Shown: positions 35,889 through 44,355 of the stretch, in pieces
Position numbering within the stretch: the stretch's first letter is position 1
Layout of the letters: each line of letters starts with the position of its first letter
Origin: Candidatus Woesearchaeota archaeon
GTDB lineage: Archaea; Nanobdellota; Nanobdellia; Tiddalikarchaeales; Tiddalikarchaeaceae
NCBI GenBank assembly: GCA_964565435.1
Contig: CAZMEY010000001.1
Coordinates: forward strand, 1 to 46,268
Direction: 5' to 3'
Length of the DNA stretch: 46,268 nt
Notes under the pieces: model-generated
Databases searched by the model: none
What the model saw: the letters and a program-made list of their open reading frames with translations, nothing else
Told to the model about the DNA's origin: nothing
Position numbers and translations under genes: made by a program

Positions 35889-37673
35889 ATGAAATATGAA
35901 AAAGTTGTGGTCAACTCAGCATGGCCTTATTCTTACAGCATACCCCACTTGGGAAACATGGTAGGTTGCCTTTTGCCAGGGGATGTTTTTTCAAGATATT
36001 ACAAATTAAAAGGGCTTAAAACAATCTATGTCAGCGGAAGCGACAGCCATGGAACAAGAATAGAATACGAAGCAATGAAAAAAGGCACAACCCCAAAAGA
36101 GATAGCATATTCTGTTCATGAAAAAATAAAAGAATTGATAAAAAAATTTTCAATAGAATTTGACAACTACACAATAACTGACACCAAGCTTCACCACGAG
36201 TTTTCAAGAGATTTTTATTCAAGGCTTGAAAAAAAAGGATTCATACTGACAAAGATGGAAAAGCAGCCCTACTGCGAAAACTGCAAGATGTTTTTAGCAG
36301 AAAAATTCATAACAGGCACATGCCCCTACTGCAAAAGCCAGAATACTAAAGGGGACCAATGCGACGATTGCGGCAAATTGCTTGACGCCTCAGATTTGAT
36401 AAAGCCAAAATGCACAATCTGCTCAAAAGAAAAAGTGGTAATGAAAGAAACCAAGCATTGGTACATCAATCTTGAAAAGCTTGAGCCAAAAATAAAAGAA
36501 TATGTAAAATCCCATCCCGAATGGGACAAAAGGGTAAAAGAATACACTAACAACTTCCTAAAAATGGGGCTCAAGCCCCGCCCAATAACAAGGGACATCA
36601 AATGGGGAATACCTGCGCCATTCCAAGGAGCTGAAAGCAAAGTATTCTATGTATGGGTTGAAGCAGTGCTAGGTTACATCAGCGCAAGCGAAGAATTATT
36701 AGGGGATAAATATTTGGATTACTGGAAATCCAAGGATGCAAAGCACATCTATTGCATGGGAAAAGACAATATTGCATTCCACACAATAATACTTCCAGCA
36801 TTATTAATAGCTGATGACAAAAAATGGCACTTGCCCGATTTGATATCCAACACTGAGTTCCTGAACTTTGAAGGGGAAAAATTCTCAAAAACCCATGGAG
36901 TCGGCATCTGGATGGACGAAGCCCTTGAACTATTGCCCGAATATTATTGGAGATTTTATCTATTGCTCAACCGCCCGGAAACCCATGACTTCAACTTCAC
37001 TTGGGAAACCCTTGATGAGGCAATCAATAACATACTCATAAATAACATTGGCAACTTCCTTAATAGGAGCATAACATTTGCCAATAAATATGGAATAAAA
37101 AAAGCAGTATACAACGAAGCTGACAAAAAAATGCTTAAAGAGATAGATAAAACAGTTAAAATCATTGACAGCTTTTTTGAATTAGGAAGCTTAAGAAGCG
37201 CTTTGAATGCAATACTTGAACTGTCAAGCAAAGCCAATAAATTCTTCCAAGACAGGAAGCCATGGGCTGACGAGAATCTCAGGCAAAACACAATCAATGT
37301 AAGCATGGAATTAAGCAAAGCAATAACAATATTATTATACCCCTTTATCCCGACAATCTCCAAAAAAGCTGCAAAGATGATGGGCTTTGAAATTGAAAGC
37401 ATGAATCAAATAGGCCAAAAAACCAAGTTTAATATAGCCAATCCCGGGATTTTAATTGAAAAAATAGACATAAAAGAGATAAAGGCAAAATATGGTGAGA
37501 TAAAAAAATCATCATCCAAAAAAGAGGACTATGCAAGCTTTGATGATTTCAAAAAAATAAAATTAATCATTGGAAAAATAGAATCAGCCGAAGTGCTGAG
37601 CGACAAATTATTCAAATTAAAAGTGATTGCTGACAAGGAAAGGACAATAGTCAGCCGAATAAGGAAATGGTAA
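35889..37673 (+). CDS. metG: Methionyl-tRNA synthetase, terminated by an in-frame TAA inside its C-terminal tRNA-binding domain
   Basis: A class I core with a HIGH-region variant (YSIPHLGN), a zinc knuckle (CENC...CPYC, CDDC...CTIC) and a KFSKTHG KMSKS-like loop. The C-terminal Trbp111/EMAP-like domain starts at ...FDDFKKIKLIIGKIESAEV and is cut at TAA 37671-37673. Confidence 0.9.
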   Translation: MKYEKVVVNSAWPYSYSIPHLGNMVGCLLPGDVFSRYYKLKGLKTIYVSGSDSHGTRIEYEAMKKGTTPKEIAYSVHEKIKELIKKFSIEFDNYTITDTKLHHEFSRDFYSRLEKKGFILTKMEKQPYCENCKMFLAEKFITGTCPYCKSQNTKGDQCDDCGKLLDASDLIKPKCTICSKEKVVMKETKHWYINLEKLEPKIKEYVKSHPEWDKRVKEYTNNFLKMGLKPRPITRDIKWGIPAPFQGAESKVFYVWVEAVLGYISASEELLGDKYLDYWKSKDAKHIYCMGKDNIAFHTIILPALLIADDKKWHLPDLISNTEFLNFEGEKFSKTHGVGIWMDEALELLPEYYWRFYLLLNRPETHDFNFTWETLDEAINNILINNIGNFLNRSITFANKYGIKKAVYNEADKKMLKEIDKTVKIIDSFFELGSLRSALNAILELSSKANKFFQDRKPWADENLRQNTINVSMELSKAITILLYPFIPTISKKAAKMMGFEIESMNQIGQKTKFNIANPGILIEKIDIKEIKAKYGEIKKSSSKKEDYASFDDFKKIKLIIGKIESAEVLSDKLFKLKVIADKERTIVSRIRKW

Positions 37674-37841
37674 AAAAAAGATGATTTGGCAAGCAAAAAA
37701 ATAATATTAATCTCCAATCTTGCCCCTAAAAAAATAATGGGCATTGAAAGCGAAGGAATGATACTAGCAGCTGAAAGCGACGGCATAGTTTCCTTAATCA
37801 AGCCTGACAAGGATGTTAAAGAAGGAAGCGAACTATCTTAA
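37674..37841 (+). other. In-frame continuation of metG beyond the TAA (55 codons encoding the rest of the tRNA-binding OB domain)
   Basis: Same frame as metG. It translates to KKDDLASKKIILISNLAPKKIMGIESEGMILAAESDGIVSLIKPDKDVKEGSELS with stop TAA at 39-41. This matches the conserved ...VVVANLKP.KL.GVESEGMLLAAE.DG...L..PD.DV..GS tail of the domain. Confidence 0.7.
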
Positions 37842-37851
37842 AAAAAGTTTT

Positions 37852-37877
37852 TTTTGAGCCAGAGGAGATTTAGAACC
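37852..37877 (-). repeat. Decayed duplicate of the 3' end of tRNA-Ile
   Basis: ttttgagccagaggagattt (37852-37871) is identical to 37963-37982. It is followed by agaac where the tRNA has gaac. The T-stem 5' strand is not conserved, so it is not a functional tRNA. Confidence 0.6.
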
Positions 37878-37965
37878 AACCCTTTGCTGTTGCAAAGTGT
37901 TGCGATGAAATTATAGATTTTTATCTATGGCTGAAAAGCAGCAAATTAAGGAAAATAAAAGCTTT

Positions 37966-38040
37966 TGAGCCAGAGGAGATTTGAACTCCCGACCACCACG
38001 TTATCAGCGTGGCGCTCCAACCAGGCTAAGCTACTGGCTC
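37966..38040 (-). tRNA. tRNA-Ile (anticodon GAU)
   Basis: The minus strand folds as a cloverleaf: acceptor GAGCCAG/CTGGCTC, anticodon stem CCACG/CGTGG, loop CTGATAA, T arm GGGAG-TTCAAAT-CTCCT. Confidence 0.9.
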
Positions 38041-38083
38041 AAAATAATATTATACAAGAAATATTGCCTTTTTAAAAGTTATT

Positions 38084-38554
38084 CTATTGCTGGCCCAAAC
38101 TTCCCAAATTTCCAAACAAGGAATCAAAGCTTGAGGACAAAGACTCCCATATTCCAGTAAGCCAATTCTGCCCTTCAGTCACTTCGCCAGGTATAACTAT
38201 TCCAGGATTTTCAACATCTATATCCTCAGGAATAACAATGCTTCCAATAATTTCAGCACCTTTATCCATAAAAATCCATATATTGAAACCAACACCCAAT
38301 CCAAGACCTACCAAGAATATTATAAAAATTATTATCCCAGCAGGGGGCATTCTCACAAATTTTCCCACAAAAAACATTATTATTCCTGCAATGCTTCCAA
38401 TAAACGCAACCCATATTCTCCAATCATTATCATTTAATAAGAATATAAGAAAAGCGCCAATAGAAATTACAATAATATTAAATACCAAAATAGCAGTAAA
38501 AACTTTTTTATTATCATATAATGGATTAGGCATTAATCCAGGTATTGCAGCCAT
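38084..38554 (-). CDS. Small membrane protein (156 aa, about 3-4 TM), unknown function
   Basis: Hydrophobic helices followed by an acidic C-terminal tail. No motif recognised. Confidence 0.5.
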   Translation of the reverse strand: MAAIPGLMPNPLYDNKKVFTAILVFNIIVISIGAFLIFLLNDNDWRIWVAFIGSIAGIIMFFVGKFVRMPPAGIIIFIIFLVGLGLGVGFNIWIFMDKGAEIIGSIVIPEDIDVENPGIVIPGEVTEGQNWLTGIWESLSSSFDSLFGNLGSLGQQ

Positions 38555-38618
38555 ATTTTTATCTAATTCCCAGCGTTTTATAAATTTTTATAAAAGCAAA
38601 CATCACTAAAATACTTGT

Positions 38619-39374
38619 ATGGATGAAATCATATTTTTGGGAACTGGAGGGGGAAGGAATACAACATTATTCCAGGAAAGAAGCACTGGTGGAATAGTCC
38701 TTAAAATGATGGGGCACCAAATCCACATTGATCCCGGACCAGGGGCATTGCTCAGGTGCAAAGAGTGCGGCATCTACCCTTTCACAACCGACTGCCTGAT
38801 GGCAACGCATCACCACATTGACCATGTGAATGATTTGAATATAATGGTTGAAGGAATGACCCATGCAACCAAAAGAAAAAGGGGCACTGTTATCTGCAAC
38901 GAATCGGTTTTGTCAGAAACCCTGACTCCTTACCACAAAAGCCTTGTTGAAAAAATTGTCGCTTTAAAGCCCGAGCAAAACACATCCCTTAATGGAATCA
39001 GGATAAAGGCATTGAAATGCATTCATTCGGCAGATGAGGCAATAGGGTTCAAGTTTTACACAAATGATTATTGCCTTTACTATTCAGGCGACACATTCAT
39101 CTATCCTGGCTTTGAAAAAAACTTGGCAGATGCGGATTATTTAATAGCAAATAATATTTTGCCAGGAGACAGATCAGTTAATTATCATATGTGCACCAAT
39201 GATTTAATCAGCGCAATAAACAACAGCAAAAACAATCTCAAGTTAATAATCATCACCCATTTTGATTTGAAGATGCTTAGAGAGGGTCCTGAAAAAGAGG
39301 CTGCAATAATAACAGAAAAAACAGGCATTAAATGCATAGCTGCAGAGGATTCAATGATTATAGGTTTAAAATAA
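38619..39374 (+). CDS. Metallo-beta-lactamase-fold hydrolase
   Basis: IIFLGTGGG at the N-terminus and the HHHIDHVND (HxHxDH) motif. 251 aa. Confidence 0.75.
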   Translation: MDEIIFLGTGGGRNTTLFQERSTGGIVLKMMGHQIHIDPGPGALLRCKECGIYPFTTDCLMATHHHIDHVNDLNIMVEGMTHATKRKRGTVICNESVLSETLTPYHKSLVEKIVALKPEQNTSLNGIRIKALKCIHSADEAIGFKFYTNDYCLYYSGDTFIYPGFEKNLADADYLIANNILPGDRSVNYHMCTNDLISAINNSKNNLKLIIITHFDLKMLREGPEKEAAIITEKTGIKCIAAEDSMIIGLK

Positions 39375-39418
39375 TGCAAAGTAAATGTTTTAAAGACTGC
39401 GAATGGAGTTATTAATTT

Positions 39419-40516
39419 ATGAGCATAAGCCCAGAGAAAGCATATGAATTGAGGAAATTGATAAAAAGGCTGGAAAAAGCGAAAGCCTCGGCAACAGAGC
39501 TTGTAAGCCTGTATATTCCGGCAGGAGGCGACATCAGCACTGTCAAGAACCAATTGACCCAGGAGCTGAGCTTAAGCAGCAATATTAAAAGCAAGCAGAC
39601 AAGAAAAGCTGTTTTATCAAGCATTGAAAAGGCAACCTCTGAATTGAAGAATTATCAAAAAACCCCGGATAATGGGCTTGCCATATTCACCGGCGATTTG
39701 GACCAAAACCCAAGCAAAACAAACACTGAAATCTTTGTTCTTGACGAATTGCCCATGCCTTTATCAATAAGAATGTATCGCACTGAGAACAGGTTTATCT
39801 TAGAGCCCTTAAAGGATATGCTTGAGGAAAAAAATGTTTTCGCGCTGATTTGCATGGACAATAATGATGCGGCAATAGCTGTAGTAAAGGGCAGCACAAT
39901 GAAAACATTGGCAGTGCTTGACAGCATGGTTCCCGGAAAGATGAGGGCTGGAGGGCAAAGCGCTGCAAGATTCTCAAGGGTGAGGGTTGGATTAATGGAA
40001 GCATGGTATGAAGAGGTTGCGAAAAAAGCCAATGAGGTGTTGCTGCCCATAAAGGAATTAAGGGGCATAATTGTCGGAGGGCCAAGCCAGGCAAAAAACA
40101 GCTTTTTGGATGAGCCTGCATTGAGCGGCGACCTGAAAAAAAAAGTATTGGGCTCGCTTGATATAGGCTATGCAGGCACTGACGGGCTGAAAGAATTGCT
40201 TGACAAAAGCGAAGAGATATTATCCCAAGAGACAATAATCATTGAAAGAAAAATAATACAGGAGTTCTTCGGAAGGCTTGCAAGGGATGATAAAGTGACT
40301 TATGGAAAAAAAAATGTAATAGAAGCAATAAACCTTGGCGCAGTCAGCAAAGTCCTTATAATTGAATCACTGGATGAAGACCTCATTGATTCAATAATTG
40401 AGCTGTCAAAGAATTTCAATACAGAAGTTGTATTGGTATCGGACGCCACTCCAGAAGGCGAGCAATTGAAAATGATGGGAGGAATAGGCGCATTTTTAAG
40501 GTATAATTTAGCCTAA
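39419..40516 (+). CDS. prf1: Peptide chain release factor aRF1
   Basis: NIKS motif (SSNIKSKQTRK), GGQ motif (AGGQSAARFSR) and a three-domain layout. At 365 aa it is short for the family. Confidence 0.9.
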   Translation: MSISPEKAYELRKLIKRLEKAKASATELVSLYIPAGGDISTVKNQLTQELSLSSNIKSKQTRKAVLSSIEKATSELKNYQKTPDNGLAIFTGDLDQNPSKTNTEIFVLDELPMPLSIRMYRTENRFILEPLKDMLEEKNVFALICMDNNDAAIAVVKGSTMKTLAVLDSMVPGKMRAGGQSAARFSRVRVGLMEAWYEEVAKKANEVLLPIKELRGIIVGGPSQAKNSFLDEPALSGDLKKKVLGSLDIGYAGTDGLKELLDKSEEILSQETIIIERKIIQEFFGRLARDDKVTYGKKNVIEAINLGAVSKVLIIESLDEDLIDSIIELSKNFNTEVVLVSDATPEGEQLKMMGGIGAFLRYNLA

Positions 40517-40989
40517 GCTCCAAGCTGCTTTTTTAAATATTCCACATATTCAAACACTTTTCCCTCATCAAGCACAAGCATGTGCTCGTTTTGGCTTGTG
40601 AAAAACGCGTGAAGGTTTATGTCTTTCTTGTAAATAATCGCGCTTATGTAAGCTATTATTCCATAAGTGTCATAGGAATCAGGGCAGTCAATAGCTATTA
40701 ATCCCACATTTTTTTTGTAAGAAACCAGATATTTTTCAAACAATTTGTAAGCGTTTTCAAAATATTGCTCGTTAATAATTATTGTGATGAACCTCTCCCC
40801 AACGCCTCCCCTGAAATGATTATTTGCTTTAAGGAAATCCTCTTTTATTGAATCATAAACCTCCAATGATTCAGAGTTCCTCTCAATGTTCAATATTGCC
40901 AAATCAGTTGTTGCGCCAATCTTGCTTTTTTTAAGCAATGATTTAACCTTTCCCTCTTCAACCATTTTTTTAATCAATCCAAAAGTCAT
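40513..40989 (-). CDS. Hypothetical protein, possibly ACT-domain-like (COG2150-like); tandem paralog 1
   Basis: The C-terminal block YGIIAYISAIIYKKDINLHAFFTSQNEHMLVLDEGKVFEYVEYLKKQLG parallels the neighbour. The ACT-like assignment is a guess from the pattern. Confidence 0.45.
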   Translation of the reverse strand: MTFGLIKKMVEEGKVKSLLKKSKIGATTDLAILNIERNSESLEVYDSIKEDFLKANNHFRGGVGERFITIIINEQYFENAYKLFEKYLVSYKKNVGLIAIDCPDSYDTYGIIAYISAIIYKKDINLHAFFTSQNEHMLVLDEGKVFEYVEYLKKQLGA

Positions 40990-40995
40990 TTCTCT

Positions 40996-41484
40996 TCAGC
41001 ACCCAAAAGTTTTTTTCAAATAATCAGCCATCATATAAGTGTCTTTTTCAGGCAATATTATGACATAATCAGTAAATGTTGACATGAGATTATATATATT
41101 GACTTTTTTTTCCAAAAAAAGATGCGAAATAAAAGCAGTTATTCCTGGGGTTGAATTAACCTCTTTAACGCATTTCAAGAAAATTGCGCCTGATTTTTCC
41201 TCAATCTCCAAAAGGGCATTTCCGAAAAAGCCCTTAATTAAGTTAATGGATTTTTGCGGAACCAGAAAAGTCAAAGTGCTTTTGCCTACAGAGCTTATTA
41301 TGACATCATCAGGGTTGCTGTTTTTATCCAAAAAACTATTGAATAATTTAAGGGCTTCAATGGTTTTATTCATTGATATGCAAGCCACATCAGTGTATGC
41401 GCTTATTCCTGTTTTGCTTAGCGTTTCAAGTATTTTTTTCTTTTTTTCAGAGTCCTTGAAAGATTTTCCGAACAATTCTCCCAT
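40996..41484 (-). CDS. Hypothetical protein, possibly ACT-domain-like; tandem paralog 2
   Basis: PGITAFISHLFLEKKVNIYNLMSTFTDYVIILPEKDTYMMADYLKKTFG is collinear with paralog 1. Start set at ATG 41484 (MGELFGKS...); the track ORF extends to 41538. Confidence 0.45.
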   Translation of the reverse strand: MGELFGKSFKDSEKKKKILETLSKTGISAYTDVACISMNKTIEALKLFNSFLDKNSNPDDVIISSVGKSTLTFLVPQKSINLIKGFFGNALLEIEEKSGAIFLKCVKEVNSTPGITAFISHLFLEKKVNIYNLMSTFTDYVIILPEKDTYMMADYLKKTFGC

Positions 41485-41549
41485 AATAAAAAACAAAATT
41501 CGCTGAATATTAAAAAGATTATTAAAAAAACAGCGCATTGATTATTATT

Positions 41550-41759
41550 ATGGCAAGCATTTCTCTGCGCTCAGCTGAGCAGATTTTAAGAAGCTGCGGA
41601 GCAAAAAGGGTGAGCGTTGAAGCCTGCGAGGAGCTGAGGGATTATCTTGAAAATATTGCCAAAAAAGCAGGCAAAAAAGCAGTAATTTATTCAAAGCATG
41701 CAAAAAGAAGGACTTTAATGAAAGATGACATAACCCTTGCAATAGATTCTTCAAAGTAA
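41550..41759 (+). CDS. Archaeal histone (HMf family histone fold)
   Basis: About 69 aa. SLRSAEQILRSCGAKRVSVEACEELRDYLENIAKKAGKKAVIYSKHAKRRTLMKDDITLAI fits the histone-fold helix pattern. ATG 41550 is preferred over the track's TTG 41538. Confidence 0.8.
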   Translation: MASISLRSAEQILRSCGAKRVSVEACEELRDYLENIAKKAGKKAVIYSKHAKRRTLMKDDITLAIDSSK

Positions 41760-41795
41760 AGGTTTAAAATAATCATTATTTTAGTATTATAGAAT

Positions 41796-44117
41796 ATGAT
41801 TGAGGAAAAATCTTGGGATAAATCATTTGAAGAAGAGATAATAAATAATTGGGAAAAAAAAAGATTATATGAATTCAAAAAGGATTCCAAAAAAAAGGTT
41901 TATTCAATAGACACTCCCCCTCCTTACATAAACACTCCAGTGCATATAGGACACGCGTACACTTACACCCAAATGGATATTATCGCAAGATTCAACAGGA
42001 TGAAAGGCTATGAAGTTCTTTTCCCCTTAGGGCTTGACTGCAACGGCTTGCCAATAGAACTTCAAACCGAGAAAAAATATGATATTGACATTCACAAGGT
42101 TTCCAGGGAAGAGTTTGTCAGCAAATGCAAAGAGATGATTGAGGAAGCAGGGGAGATTTCAACCTACGGCCTTAAAAGAATGGGCATCAGCTTTAACAGC
42201 TTTGAAGAAAGCGATGAAATCGGCTCAAAATACAGAACTGACAGCAATGATTACAGGGCTTTCACGCAAAAGACTTTCAAGGAGCTATGGGATAAGGGAT
42301 TAATCTATGAAGATGACAAAGCCACAAATTACTGCCCAGTATGCCAGACAACAATAGCCAACAGCGAAATAGAATACAAAGAGGGAAAAACCCTTCTTAA
42401 TGACATAATATTCAAAGAAAAAATCTCAGGCAAAGAGCTTATAATCAGCACAACAAGGCCGGAGCTTTTAAGCAGCTGCCAAGCGTTGATGTTCCATCCG
42501 GAAGATAAAAGGTATTCAAGCCTTAAAGATAAAAAAGCAATAATCCCATTGTTTGAGCGCGAAGTAAAAATCATTGAAGACAGAAGCGTTGACAAGGATT
42601 TTGGCACAGGATTAATGATGGTTTGCAGCTTTGGAGACACAGCTGACATAAGGAAATTCATTGAATTAAAATTGGAGCCTATTTATTCAATTGACAGATT
42701 CGGCAAAATGACAAATAACGCAGGCAAATATGAGGGATTATTTGTAAAACAGGCAAGAGCCAAAATATTGGAAGACCTAAAAAATGCAGGGCTTTTGAAA
42801 GCGCAAAAAGAGATTGAGCACAAATACCCAATCTGCGAGAGAAGCAAGACTCCAATAGAGTTCATAGCCTTAAAAGAATATTATGTCAAGCAAATGGATT
42901 TAATAGAAGATGTTAAAAAAGTCTCTGACAAGATTGAATTCTTTGCTTCTGAGAGCAGGCAATTATTGCTTGACTGGTTCGGCTCAATAGGCATTGACTG
43001 GCCTGTTTCAAGGACAAGGTATTACATGACAGAGATACCAATATGGACTTGCAAAAAATGCGGGCACAAATATGTGAATGACACTGGAAAATATGTCAAG
43101 CCATGGATTGAGCCATGCCCTTTGAAAAAATGCCCAAAATGCCTAAGTAATGAATGGGAAGGCGAAAAAAGGGTTTTTGACACATGGTTTGATTCATCAA
43201 TCAGCAACCTTTTCATATTAAAGCACTATGATGACAAAAAATTCTTTGAAAACAATTATCCCTGCACCCTAAGGCCGCAAGGAAAAGAGATTGTAAGGAC
43301 TTGGCTATATTACACCCTGCTTAGAAATTTTCAATTAACAGGAAAGCCGGCTTTCAAAAACGCATGGATTCACAAGCACGTTGTTGACGAGAAGGGCTAC
43401 AAGATGTCCAAAAGCAAAGGCAACGGCATTGACCCAAGGGATTTGATTAAAGAGTTCGGCAGCGAAAATGTAAGGATTTGGACAGTCCTTGAAGGGGATA
43501 TAACAAAAGGGGATATCAGGTGCAGCTTTGAAAGAATAAGGGGCGCAGGAAAATTCAACTCCAAATTATGGAATATTGCAAGGTTTATCAGCGGATTTAG
43601 CGAGGCAAAGAAGCCGGCAAACATAAACAGCACTGATGAATGGATAATGAATGAGTTAAACAGCTTGATAAAAAAAGTTGATGAAGCATTTTCCCAATTT
43701 GATTTCAACTCTGCAGCAAAGAGCTTGAGGGATTTTATGTGGAACACCTACGCAAGCAATTATTTGGAAATGGTTAAAAAAAGGGCTTACGAAGGGGATG
43801 AAAGCAGCCGCTGGGCATTATATGAAAGCTTCAAAAAACTAATATTATTATTGGCTCCAATAATTCCAGTAATCACTGAAAAACTCTACCACTATATGTA
43901 TGAAAAGGATTCAAGCATCCATAAGCAAAGCTTTCCAGATGCTGGCGAAACAAAATTGTCAAGCATAACTCCAAAAATAATGGAATTCAACTCAAATATT
44001 TGGGCAAAGAAAAAAGAGCTAAATAAAAGCCTAAAAGACCCAATAAGTGTCCAAATACCAGAAGAGCTTAAAAATTTCAGCCAAGATTTAATCAATATGC
44101 ATAATATTTCAAAGTAA
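41796..44117 (+). CDS. valS: Valyl-tRNA synthetase (class Ia)
   Basis: SIDTPPPYINTPVHIGHAYTYTQMDIIARFNRMKGYEVLFPLGLDCNGLPIE and KMSKSKGNG. The 773-aa size and N-terminal block fit archaeal ValRS better than IleRS or LeuRS. Not verified by search. Confidence 0.75.
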   Translation: MIEEKSWDKSFEEEIINNWEKKRLYEFKKDSKKKVYSIDTPPPYINTPVHIGHAYTYTQMDIIARFNRMKGYEVLFPLGLDCNGLPIELQTEKKYDIDIHKVSREEFVSKCKEMIEEAGEISTYGLKRMGISFNSFEESDEIGSKYRTDSNDYRAFTQKTFKELWDKGLIYEDDKATNYCPVCQTTIANSEIEYKEGKTLLNDIIFKEKISGKELIISTTRPELLSSCQALMFHPEDKRYSSLKDKKAIIPLFEREVKIIEDRSVDKDFGTGLMMVCSFGDTADIRKFIELKLEPIYSIDRFGKMTNNAGKYEGLFVKQARAKILEDLKNAGLLKAQKEIEHKYPICERSKTPIEFIALKEYYVKQMDLIEDVKKVSDKIEFFASESRQLLLDWFGSIGIDWPVSRTRYYMTEIPIWTCKKCGHKYVNDTGKYVKPWIEPCPLKKCPKCLSNEWEGEKRVFDTWFDSSISNLFILKHYDDKKFFENNYPCTLRPQGKEIVRTWLYYTLLRNFQLTGKPAFKNAWIHKHVVDEKGYKMSKSKGNGIDPRDLIKEFGSENVRIWTVLEGDITKGDIRCSFERIRGAGKFNSKLWNIARFISGFSEAKKPANINSTDEWIMNELNSLIKKVDEAFSQFDFNSAAKSLRDFMWNTYASNYLEMVKKRAYEGDESSRWALYESFKKLILLLAPIIPVITEKLYHYMYEKDSSIHKQSFPDAGETKLSSITPKIMEFNSNIWAKKKELNKSLKDPISVQIPEELKNFSQDLINMHNISK

Positions 44118-44176
44118 AAATTATTAAAAATAGTTAGTTTTTTAAATAAAATATTTCTTTAATACCTTTATTGGTT

Positions 44177-44304
44177 GCTGAGATGGCAGAGCGGTCTAAT
44201 GCGCAGGATTGCTAAAAGACGATTGAGGCTTTTTGATACCTACATTTGGATTGCAAATATCCTGTTCCCGCAAGGGAGCCCGAGTTCAAATCTCGGTCTC
44301 AGCG
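44177..44304 (+). tRNA. tRNA-Ser (anticodon GCU) with a 44-nt intron at the canonical 37/38 position (44215-44258)
   Basis: Acceptor GCTGAGA/TCTCAGC. Anticodon stem CAGGA (44204-08) pairs with TCCTG (44260-64). Loop TTGCTA|A. Long variable arm TCCC-GCAA-GGGA. T arm CCGAG-TTCAAAT-CTCGG. Exon TTGC (44209-12) can pair with intron GCAA (44253-56), leaving 3-nt bulges at both splice sites (BHB-like). Confidence 0.8.
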
Positions 44305-44334
44305 CTTTTTATTTTTCAGTTAAATTTAAATATA

Positions 44335-44355
44335 ATGTAAACAATTAGTTTACAT
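44335..44355. promoter_or_regulatory. Inverted repeat atgtaaac-aatta-gtttacat abutting the ATG of the wHTH-nucleotidyltransferase gene
   Basis: 8-bp perfect arms ending on the base before ATG 44356. A TATA-like tttaaatataa lies at 44324-44334. Confidence 0.4.

Noticed and set aside
37671-37673. Genome-wide reassignment of TAA to a sense codon, prompted by the in-frame TAA in metG and the variant aRF1 motif.
   Set aside because: TAA terminates many well-supported genes in this window at the expected protein ends (e.g. serS, the 35378-35380 stop, glyS). TAG and TGA are also used as stops. A local nonsense mutation, readthrough or sequencing error fits better.
37529-37810. 93-aa minus-strand ORF spanning the metG stop region.
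   Set aside because: It is antisense to the metG C-terminal domain and to its conserved in-frame continuation. The plus-strand translation matches a known domain, and the minus-strand translation does not.
37852-37965. The tRNA-Ile 3' duplicate as a Nanoarchaeum-style split-tRNA 3' half gene.
   Set aside because: The segment upstream of the conserved acceptor and T-stem 3' strand (gttgg-ttctaaat) cannot pair with ctcct to form a T arm. No anticodon-stem strand or complementary leader is visible.
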